From Rubripirellula sp. (GTDB lineage: Bacteria > Planctomycetota > Planctomycetia > Pirellulales > Pirellulaceae): 64,000 nt of DNA. The stretch's first letter is position 1, and the number at the start of each line of letters is the position of its first letter. The notes below the pieces were generated by a model that was not told where the DNA came from, searched no databases, and saw only the letters and a list, made by a program, of their open reading frames with translations. Shown in pieces: positions 37,781 through 45,996 of this stretch. The stretch covers positions 3,456,001 through 3,520,000 of the forward strand of contig OZ244207.1 in NCBI GenBank assembly GCA_965216875.1, given 5' to 3'. Made by a program: the position numbers and the translations under genes.

Positions 37781-38767
37781 TCACGCATTGGTCTGGACGA
37801 CCGGTTGGGTGTGCCGGTCACTACAAAGGACAACCAGCAAATTTGATACAAGTGTTGCACGTTGATCATCCGAAAGCTCGACGATCCCATCGCGTTTTAG
37901 ATGATCCAGTGCCATTTCTACCATGCCGACAGCCCCGTCGACGATGCGAGTCCGTGCGGCAACCACGGCGCCGGCCTGTTGTCGCTGCAGCATCGCTGCC
38001 GCAATCTCCGGTGCGTACGCCAAGTGGCTGATCCGTGCTTCCAATACGGTGACACCTGCTTTCTCGAGACGTTCCTGGATGTCTTGACGAAGCTTGTCAC
38101 AGATTTCCTCGGTGCTACCGCGCAACGACTGCTCGTGGTCTTTGCTGTCGTAGGGATAACGAGTTGCCAAGCTTCTCAGTGCGGCTTCACTTTGGACTTC
38201 AACAAAGTGTTCGTAGTCGTCAACCTCGAACAAGGCTTCGGCGGTGTCGGTCACTTTCCAAACGACCACTGCCGAGATCTCGATCGGATTGCCATCGCGG
38301 TCATTCACTTTCGAAGGTCGACCGGAAGTGCGCGTCTTAGGTTTGACGATCGTCCCCTGGGCATCTTTTTGCTCAGGCGAAGATGAGGATCCCGTTTCGA
38401 AATTGCGTACCCGCAGGCTAACTTTCTTTTTCGAGTAAAACGGATTAACCCAGTAGAAGCCTGATTCTTTGATCGTTCCGCGGTATTCGCCAAACAACAG
38501 CAACACTCGGGAACTGTTCGGTTGGATCGCCATCAATCCGAATAGCCCAACAAATGCAATTGGGATCAAAGGCACGCCCATCAACACAAAAACCGCTCCC
38601 GCACCACCAATGACAGCGCCGGCGATCACCAGAAAAATCCCCAGGGGAAACATCGTCAGGCAGATCAAGAGCGGAAACCACCCCGAAACAGCTTGACCTT
38701 CTCGTTCGACTTCGACAGGTGCATCGGTCAGTGATGCAGGAACATTCGGGGTGGGTAGATCACTCAT
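37781..38767 (-). CDS. SPFH (band 7) domain membrane protein
   Basis: Two TMs; 'VLLLFGEYRGT', 'KVNDRDGNPIEI', 'LAYAPEIAAAMLQRQQA', 'VSNLLVVLC'. Confidence 0.92.
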   Translation of the reverse strand: MSDLPTPNVPASLTDAPVEVEREGQAVSGWFPLLICLTMFPLGIFLVIAGAVIGGAGAVFVLMGVPLIPIAFVGLFGLMAIQPNSSRVLLLFGEYRGTIKESGFYWVNPFYSKKKVSLRVRNFETGSSSSPEQKDAQGTIVKPKTRTSGRPSKVNDRDGNPIEISAVVVWKVTDTAEALFEVDDYEHFVEVQSEAALRSLATRYPYDSKDHEQSLRGSTEEICDKLRQDIQERLEKAGVTVLEARISHLAYAPEIAAAMLQRQQAGAVVAARTRIVDGAVGMVEMALDHLKRDGIVELSDDQRATLVSNLLVVLCSDRHTQPVVQTNA

Positions 38768-39005
38768 GGTCAGCCCATCGGTTACGTGTTGGATCTTGGA
38801 ACTGCTTTGCTAGGTCCAAAAAGGTCCTTTCCCAGGGCGCGCGCGAGCCGACGTTTTCTCGCAAACACATGCATCAAGAGTGCCCCATCTCAGAAACCTG
38901 TGAATTTTTCGAAATCCGCCGTGGTCGCTGGCTCGTCTAGACCTTCGTGACGCCGCAACCTGTTTCCCCTCGCGGCAATCATCACCACGCCCAAAGGCAC
39001 CCTCG

Positions 39006-39413
39006 ATGTTTTACCGCGTCCTCGCCGACCTGACCGTCGTCGCCCACTTTGCCTACGTGCTGTTCGTCATTGGCGGGTTGTTCGTCACGTTGGTCGGCTG
39101 GGCTCGCCATTGGCAATGGGTTCGCAACCGGTGGTTTCGCGGTGTGCACTTGACGATGATCTTGATCGTCGTCGTCGAGGCCTGGCTTGGGATCACCTGT
39201 CCTCTGACAACGCTAGAACAAAACCTGCGACTTCAAGCGGGAGAACAAACCTATCAAGGCGACTTCATCGCCAATTGGGTGCACGACGCGTTGTTCTTTC
39301 AAGCATCGCCTTGGGTCTTTACAGTCGCCTACACCCTGTTTGGTGCCTGCGTGTTGGCAACGGTTCTTTTCGTGCCACCTCGATGGCGGCGACACGCGAT
39401 CGCCAAGGAGTAG
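39006..39413 (+). CDS. DUF2784 family membrane protein
   Basis: 'LADLTVVAHFAYVLFV', 'H L', 'CPLTTLE..LR..AG...Y..DFI'. Confidence 0.88.
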   Translation: MFYRVLADLTVVAHFAYVLFVIGGLFVTLVGWARHWQWVRNRWFRGVHLTMILIVVVEAWLGITCPLTTLEQNLRLQAGEQTYQGDFIANWVHDALFFQASPWVFTVAYTLFGACVLATVLFVPPRWRRHAIAKE

Positions 39414-39602
39414 GTTCCGCTTTCGATTCTGGAGAGGCTCGAAACCTCGGGCTCGCGACGCAAGGCATAGAAAGTCACCCCTCGAGGTGAGCCCAATGAC
39501 CGCCGAACGGCTGATCTGTTGGTGTCACTTGGTTTACAATGCGATCGTTTGATCGGGGCGTTTGAGTTGCTCGCCCTCTTCCTGGTTCACGGTCTCTTTT
39601 CT

Positions 39603-42600
39603 ATGCCTCATCCCCGCAAACGACTGGGTCGACGACTGCGTCCCGAACTTCTCGAGCGCCGGATTCTTTTGGCCGCACGCCTTGGACCGTCGCCAACGAT
39701 TCTTCCTGAGTTTGATCCGTCCGCAGCCGTGTTGGTCACCACGCCTGCGATTCAATCGTCTGACGAAGCGGACCATGGTCACAACCCAGCTGGATTCCCG
39801 ATCCTAAACGACCCACTTGATGACGGCGATGTGTCCGACGCGCCTTTGACCAATGACGACACATTCAAGCTGCACAGCAAACCGGACGCCGACCACACGA
39901 TCTACCTCGATTTTGACGGAAGCATCACCGAGGGAACCAACTGGAACAACAGCACCGGCATCACGACGCTCATCGACATCGCCTACAACCGCGATGGAGA
40001 TCACACCACATTCAATAACAGCGAACTGAATCAGATTCGCGAAATCTGGAAACTCGTTGCCGAGGACTTTGCCCCGTTCAATGTGAATGTCACCACGGAA
40101 GACCCCGGTGTCGAGGCGCTTCGCAAATCGGGTTCCGGTGACACTCAGTGGGGAATCCGTTCGCTACACACCAGCAATACGAATGGAGTTTGTGGCGGTT
40201 GCGGCGGTGTCGCCTACATCGGTTCGTTCAGCTCATCGGTGGACCTGCCCGCCTATTCATTCAACAAAGGCGTCAGCGCGGGCGGCAACACACAGAGCCA
40301 CGAAGTCGGACACGCGGTCCGACTGGGACACGATGGCCTCACGACTGGAGCGACCTACTACAACGGACATGGTGGCGGAAATACAAGTTGGGGCCCGATC
40401 ATGGGCGGTCCCGGCGGTCGCAAGCTCAAGACTTGGTCCAACGGCGACTATTACAACGCCAACAATCAACAGGACGACCTCGACCGCATTTCATCACTCA
40501 ACGGTTTCTCGTATCGCGCCGACGATCATGGCAACACGTTTGCCGTCGCTTCGCCACTAAGCGTCACCTCGGCAAGCGAACTGAGTGGCTACGGCATTAT
40601 CAGCCAAAACCATGACGTTGATTTTTTTCAATTCGAATCCGAGGGTGGCAACGTCTCCTTCGACATCGTTCCGTTCATCACGCACCCCAACCTTGATGTG
40701 TGGGCCGGCATCTACGATTCCAACGGAACGCTGATCGCTGAATCGAACCCCTTTGACAATGTCTCCGCCACGTTCAGCGACGTCGCACTTTCGGCTGGCA
40801 CACACTTTCTAAAGATCGATGGCGTTGGATCGCATGGCCACTACAACGCTGCGTTGGACGCTGTGTTTGATCCGGGCGAAAACGACTACACAGGCTCCGA
40901 GACTGAGATCCCATGGGCGGTAAGCGGGCCGGTCGGCTATTCGGACTACGCCAGCATTGGGCAGTACTGGATCACAGGTACTCGTCAAATCACAGCAGGC
41001 GACCTGATCTCGATCACCGGCGATGAGAACCACAAGAAAGAAGACGCGGCCTCGGAGACCACTCCTTTTACGTTTACCGTTTCAAGGGCCGGATCGACCG
41101 CGGGTGATGTCGACGTGGCTTACTCCGTTTTGGCGGCCACGCCGACGGTCGACAACAACAATCATCCCTTCACGGTGGATGGAGACGATTTCGTCGGCGG
41201 CCACCTTCCAAACGGCACGGTGACCATTCCCGATGGCCAGTCGTCGGTAACGCTCACGCTCAATATCGCTGGTGATGACGACTATGAACGAGACGAACAC
41301 TTTTCGGTTTTGATTTCGAGCGAAACCAATGGCTGGCTGGTGTCCGAATCCACGGCCACGGGAACGATCTTGAGTGATGAATCGTCGGTCGGTGTTCAAT
41401 CACAGAACACCGCCGACGTGACACTTGACGAGGGTGGACCGGGTGGAGGCGCCGTCTTTACTTACACTCTGTTCCGTCGCGGCGACCTGTCCGTTTCAAC
41501 CACTGCCGATTGGCAGGTCAATTATGGGACGTTTGCCAACGCGGCCTCGGACGACGACTTTGTTGGCGGAACGCGGCCGGGCGGCCAAGTCGTCTTTGCA
41601 CCAGGGCAAACCGAAGTTGAAGTGCAAGTCGAGGTCAGTGGAGATTTTGACGTCGAAGCGGATGAGAGCTTCTGGTTAGAGGTGACCGGTGCAAGTGGAG
41701 ACAACACGGCGATCGTCGATCCTGCGACACCTCGACAACGCGGGATCATCCTCAATGACGAAGCGCCCATCACCATCATTGACGAGGTCCAATTTCGGTT
41801 GCGTCAAATCCGCAACGGCACAGGCACGCGCGACGCTTGGGCCATCGACAACGTTTCGCTCCCCGGGACGCCTCTTGTTGAAAACTTCGATCCAGACATT
41901 GATTCTGCGCTTTGGGCGGACCTACAAAACGCAACGGTCAACAATGACGCATCGATCTTTCCTGGCAGTAACGGCCGCGAACTGTTGATGCGAGGGACGG
42001 GCGACCGCATTGCCACGACGGTCGGAGTCAAACCAGCACTTGGCACGACCCTAAGCTTTGATCTGATTCTCGGAAACGGCGTCGGCAACAACGGTGCAGA
42101 CAACGTCGAAAACGGCAAGAACATTTGGCTCGAATACAGCGTCGATGGATCCAATTGGGAATTCCTTCGTGAGATGGAGCCCAACGACTATGAAACCTGG
42201 AGACGCGTCAACGTCGCCTTGCCTGATCGTGTTACCGTGCCTCCCGATGGCTATGCCGAAGGCAACAGCGGCGCGACTCCTTTTGACGTGAATCTTGTTC
42301 GCACGGGGAACCTGGACGCACCGGGATCGGCCGACTGGCAGGTCGTCGCCTCAGGCTCCGCGACTGAGGATGACTTTATTGCGAGCCCACTCCCAAGTGG
42401 CACGGTCACTTTTAGTCCGGGCGAAGGTCTCAAGACAATCACCATCGAAATCGCAGGCGACACCGACAAAGAACTGGACGAAACCTTTGATGTGGTCCTC
42501 ACCTCAGCAACAGGCGGTCCACCGACGGGTGGTCCACGCACGATCACAATCATCAACGACGAGGTTCCAGAAATCACCGGAGTCATCGTCAACAACGGTG

Positions 42601-43094
42601 AAGATCAGCGATCATCGCTGCATGACATCGCGATCGAATTTGATGGGCTTGTTGATGTCGATGGCAGTGCCGTCGTGCTGACCTACATTGGCTCAGACAA
42701 TTTCCCCGACTACCAACCCGTCAGCGCCGTGAGCATCACCGCCGCTGATGTCGACGGCAGAACCATCATCTCGGTCACACCGAATGCCAGTCACTCATTC
42801 TCGGACGGCAACTACTTGATCGATGTGTTTTCCAGCGGCATCACCGCCCGCGAAAGCGGTGAGAACATGGCCCAGGATTACCAGTTTGGTAACAACGCCA
42901 CGGACAGGTTGTTCCGCAAGTATGGCGATGACAATGGCAATCGTGTCGTCGACCTCTTTGACTTTGCCCAGTTCCGAGCTCGATACGACACCAACGATGG
43001 TGATGATGACTACGCCGCTTGGCTCGACGAGACGGGCGATGGTGCGATCAATCTTTTTGACTTCGCCCGCTTTCGTGCCAACTTTGGAAGCTAG
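39603..43094 (+). CDS. Secreted multidomain zinc metalloprotease (metzincin-like + PPC + 3 Calx-beta + reelin-like insert + dockerin/EF-hand-like tail)
   Basis: 'RRLRPELLERRILLA' planctomycete extracellular signature; 'IYLDFDG', 'HEVGHAVRLGH', Met-turn 'GPIMG'; Calx-beta 'GD...E.DE.F' x3; 'YGDDNGNRVVDLFDF' x2. Confidence 0.85.
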   Translation: MPHPRKRLGRRLRPELLERRILLAARLGPSPTILPEFDPSAAVLVTTPAIQSSDEADHGHNPAGFPILNDPLDDGDVSDAPLTNDDTFKLHSKPDADHTIYLDFDGSITEGTNWNNSTGITTLIDIAYNRDGDHTTFNNSELNQIREIWKLVAEDFAPFNVNVTTEDPGVEALRKSGSGDTQWGIRSLHTSNTNGVCGGCGGVAYIGSFSSSVDLPAYSFNKGVSAGGNTQSHEVGHAVRLGHDGLTTGATYYNGHGGGNTSWGPIMGGPGGRKLKTWSNGDYYNANNQQDDLDRISSLNGFSYRADDHGNTFAVASPLSVTSASELSGYGIISQNHDVDFFQFESEGGNVSFDIVPFITHPNLDVWAGIYDSNGTLIAESNPFDNVSATFSDVALSAGTHFLKIDGVGSHGHYNAALDAVFDPGENDYTGSETEIPWAVSGPVGYSDYASIGQYWITGTRQITAGDLISITGDENHKKEDAASETTPFTFTVSRAGSTAGDVDVAYSVLAATPTVDNNNHPFTVDGDDFVGGHLPNGTVTIPDGQSSVTLTLNIAGDDDYERDEHFSVLISSETNGWLVSESTATGTILSDESSVGVQSQNTADVTLDEGGPGGGAVFTYTLFRRGDLSVSTTADWQVNYGTFANAASDDDFVGGTRPGGQVVFAPGQTEVEVQVEVSGDFDVEADESFWLEVTGASGDNTAIVDPATPRQRGIILNDEAPITIIDEVQFRLRQIRNGTGTRDAWAIDNVSLPGTPLVENFDPDIDSALWADLQNATVNNDASIFPGSNGRELLMRGTGDRIATTVGVKPALGTTLSFDLILGNGVGNNGADNVENGKNIWLEYSVDGSNWEFLREMEPNDYETWRRVNVALPDRVTVPPDGYAEGNSGATPFDVNLVRTGNLDAPGSADWQVVASGSATEDDFIASPLPSGTVTFSPGEGLKTITIEIAGDTDKELDETFDVVLTSATGGPPTGGPRTITIINDEVPEITGVIVNNGEDQRSSLHDIAIEFDGLVDVDGSAVVLTYIGSDNFPDYQPVSAVSITAADVDGRTIISVTPNASHSFSDGNYLIDVFSSGITARESGENMAQDYQFGNNATDRLFRKYGDDNGNRVVDLFDFAQFRARYDTNDGDDDYAAWLDETGDGAINLFDFARFRANFGS

Positions 43095-43151
43095 TGCCGC
43101 CGGGCAAGGGCCTGAGGCCTCACGGCTCACGGGCACAGAAGCACACCCAAC

Positions 43152-43188
43152 AAAAAAACCGGCTGATAACCCGAGGGCTATCAGCCGG
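43152..43188 (-). terminator. Strong intrinsic terminator on the minus strand
   Basis: Minus strand reads CCGGCTGATAGCC-CTCG-GGTTATCAGCCGG-TTTTTTT. Confidence 0.85.
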
Positions 43189-43358
43189 CTATATCAGACG
43201 CTTCGGCCAGTCGGCGGCAAAATGGAGCCGCTGGGAGAAACGCGAAAGTCTCAGCGTGCTACTGCACAAGCCTTTTGGTGACTTAGGCGAACCCGGAAAA
43301 TGATCCCTCTGCCGAAAATTAAGTGACCGAAGCTATGCGGGCTTTATTCAAATCCCAC
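43152..43358 (-). ncRNA. Candidate structured non-coding RNA (rod-shaped; possibly 6S-like)
   Basis: No convincing ORF; GCUUCGGUCA (43333-43324) pairs with UGGCCGAAGC (43209-43200) and encloses further nested stems; flanked by a promoter-like sequence and a terminator. Confidence 0.55.
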
Positions 43359-43364
43359 GGTCCA

Positions 43365-43392
43365 ATTTTAGACTCGCATTAGCAGTCAGCAA
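43365..43392 (-). promoter_or_regulatory. Putative sigma70-type promoter for the candidate ncRNA
   Basis: Minus strand TTGCTG-N16-TAAAAT. Confidence 0.45.
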
Positions 43393-43466
43393 GGTGGATC
43401 GGCAGCTGAATGTGTCAGAGTTGACATGAAATTTGTCATGACCGGAAAAAACGCGCATCAAATCGG

Positions 43467-44030
43467 CTACACGCGCGAAAGGTATTCGCCCGTTCGCGTA
43501 TCAATTTTTAGACGCTCGCCCTCTTTGATGTACTCAGGGACTTGAACGATCAAGCCTGTTTCAAGTGTGGCTGGTTTCGTGCGTGATGTCGCAGAATTGC
43601 CCTTGACACCGGGATCACATTGGGTGATCGACAACTCGACCGAAGCGGGGATCTCCAAACCGACACAGGCATCGTTGTAGATCAGGGCGCGCATGCCTTC
43701 CAAGCCTTCGGTGATGTACGGCATTTGATCCGCAACGTCTTCAAGCGGTAACTCGTACTGCTGGTAGTCCTCCTGGTCCATCAGGAACATCGTGTCCTGG
43801 TCGCTGTACATCATCTGGACGTTGCGGCGAGAAAAGTCTGCCGCGTCGAGTGACTCGGTTCCCTTCAAAGTGATGTCCACTTTGTTGCGCGTGACCACGT
43901 TGCGAGCTTTGAATTTGTACAACGTCGCGGCACCACGAGCCGACGGTGATTGCACCGAGATTCCTTCGATAATCACCGGATTGCCCTCAAAGACAACAAC
44001 GGTACCGGTCTTGATTTCTTTCGCTAACAT
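43467..44030 (-). CDS. yeiP: Elongation factor P-like protein (EfpL/YeiP type)
   Basis: EF-P fold (KOW, OB, 'TKPATLETGLIVQVPEYIKEGE..IDTRTGEYLSR'); the functional loop is 'SPSARGAAT', not 'KPGKG'. Confidence 0.85.
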   Translation of the reverse strand: MLAKEIKTGTVVVFEGNPVIIEGISVQSPSARGAATLYKFKARNVVTRNKVDITLKGTESLDAADFSRRNVQMMYSDQDTMFLMDQEDYQQYELPLEDVADQMPYITEGLEGMRALIYNDACVGLEIPASVELSITQCDPGVKGNSATSRTKPATLETGLIVQVPEYIKEGERLKIDTRTGEYLSRV

Positions 44031-44060
44031 CAGATCCAAAATGAATGAAATGTGATTGGA

Positions 44061-44729
44061 CTATCGCCAAAGCCACTCTCGAAAGCCCTGCACCACCAAC
44101 TCTTGGTCGCCCAAGGCTTGCCAGGTCACCAGTCCCCCGAGAGCGACAGCAAAGAGGAACATGACGACGCCGCGGCGCGGTGCCGGCGCTGGCGTGGGCT
44201 CGGTTTCGGCACGTAGATTCGCCAACAACATGTTCCAAAACTTCAACGACACATTCGGCTCGAACGCAAGAATCTGGGCATAGTCGACACCCCGTTGCCC
44301 ATCGACGCGCAAGTGAATGCTGGCGGCCGGCAAGGTGACGATCAACATGTTGGAATCGCCCGTCGCACTCTGATCGATCCGCCGAGCTGCTTGAAGCAGT
44401 GGCTCGTACAATTCTTCTGGCGTGCGTCCGTAAACGACAAGCTTGGGAGTGCTGGTCAACGCGATCAGCGTGACGCACAGCGAGTAAAAGGTGATCAACG
44501 CGACCCAAACGTAGGGCCCCAACACGATCACCGCCGCAGAAGGGAAAAAGAGTTCCGCCGGCCCGACGGCCAAGAACCCCGAAATCGCCATCGCCAAGGC
44601 GGCAATGTCGCGACCACCGGTGGTCACAAGCGCCTTGCCACTCAGTCGTATCAGACCAAGTACGGTCAAATACGCAATCAGCGGAAAAAAGGCGAGAATG
44701 ATCGTAAAGGGCGCGACTGTCATCGGCAC
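44061..44729 (-). CDS. Conserved hypothetical membrane protein
   Basis: Three or four hydrophobic segments; 'GPAELFFP', 'LVVYG'; co-oriented just upstream of efpL. Confidence 0.75.
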   Translation of the reverse strand: MPMTVAPFTIILAFFPLIAYLTVLGLIRLSGKALVTTGGRDIAALAMAISGFLAVGPAELFFPSAAVIVLGPYVWVALITFYSLCVTLIALTSTPKLVVYGRTPEELYEPLLQAARRIDQSATGDSNMLIVTLPAASIHLRVDGQRGVDYAQILAFEPNVSLKFWNMLLANLRAETEPTPAPAPRRGVVMFLFAVALGGLVTWQALGDQELVVQGFREWLWR

Positions 44730-45007
44730 GACATATCCGAGGCAAGCTTCGGTTCTTCTAAGTAGGTCAGTCTAGTAGCCGACCCCCATTCCTGGCAACG
44801 CGGGCATTCGATTCCCCACCCAATTGGAAATCGCGGTTGGGGGCAAACATCGTGCGAATCAGCTTCGCCGGAATAATCGTCACAGCCCGGCAAGTGGCCG
44901 GGTTGTTCTGCGCGATCTGCAACGAACCTGCGCGATCTTGATGTGGCACAGCGCATGGTTCCAGTTGAGGACTCTCCAGTACCACTCTTGCCGCCACCAG
45001 GATTCTC

Positions 45008-45841
45008 ATGTCCGCTGCTGAAACCGACCCAACGGAAATCGCCGAGGCACAAGCTTCCCTTTCCGATTTGGGCGCCACCAGCAACGAAGATGTTGCCCAG
45101 CGCATTCACCAGACGCTCGATCTGGTCACCGACGCAACCAACGCGGTCCTTGGCGTTCACACACTGAGTGAGTGCAACTTGACCGTCATTGTCCCGGTGT
45201 GCAACCAACGCACGTCGCTGCCGGTCGTTTTGGAACGCTTGGCCGATGTGATGCCACCCAAAACCGAAGTCATCGTTGTCGATGATGGCAGCATCGACGG
45301 AACCAGCGAATGGCTCGAAAACCTTGCACCGCGCGACGGATTGAAGGTCATTCGGCGACGCGGGCAACACGGCCGCGGCTCGGCCATTCGGCTTGCCATT
45401 CGCCACAGTCATGGTGACATCGTCGCCATACAAGACGCCGATCCTGGGCAAGACCCCGCCAACTTGTTGCGCGTGATTTGGCCGCTGCTCGAAGGCAAGG
45501 CTGACGTCGCCTACGGCCTCGAATCGCAAGAAGATCGATCGACACTTCACCGATTCGGCGACCACACGGCAACCAAACTTGGCAACTTCCTGACAGGTCT
45601 TAAATTGACCGAGCTCGAATCTTGCCACAAAGCCTTTGACGGTCAACTGATCCGCAGCATTCCTCTGCGTGAATGTGAACAAGGCTTCGAATCAGAAGTC
45701 ACTGCCAAGGTCGCCTCTCGAGGTGCTTGGGTCATGGAGGTCCCCACGGGTGAAAACCGCAAGACCGGTGACCTAAGGAAACACCACTGGCGTGACACCG
45801 TCGCGTCCCTAGCGCGCATCTGGAAATACCGCGGCGAATAA
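45008..45841 (+). CDS. Glycosyltransferase family 2 (polyprenol-phosphate glycosyltransferase-like)
   Basis: 'VIVPVCNQ', 'VVDDGSIDGT', 'IQDAD', 'GFESEVTAK', 'EVP'. Confidence 0.85.
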   Translation: MSAAETDPTEIAEAQASLSDLGATSNEDVAQRIHQTLDLVTDATNAVLGVHTLSECNLTVIVPVCNQRTSLPVVLERLADVMPPKTEVIVVDDGSIDGTSEWLENLAPRDGLKVIRRRGQHGRGSAIRLAIRHSHGDIVAIQDADPGQDPANLLRVIWPLLEGKADVAYGLESQEDRSTLHRFGDHTATKLGNFLTGLKLTELESCHKAFDGQLIRSIPLRECEQGFESEVTAKVASRGAWVMEVPTGENRKTGDLRKHHWRDTVASLARIWKYRGE

Positions 45842-45996
45842 CTTGCCGTGAGCGTCCCGCGAGGCTACATCGTGTGGCGCAATGCCTGTGTGGCGTCCTT
45901 GTGTAGATGCCGGGGACGTTATCATAGGGGCCCAAATGACCCTTCGATCGCTGGTTGCGGTCGTCTCTTCGTGGCCCCACATTCAAATCCGGCTCG

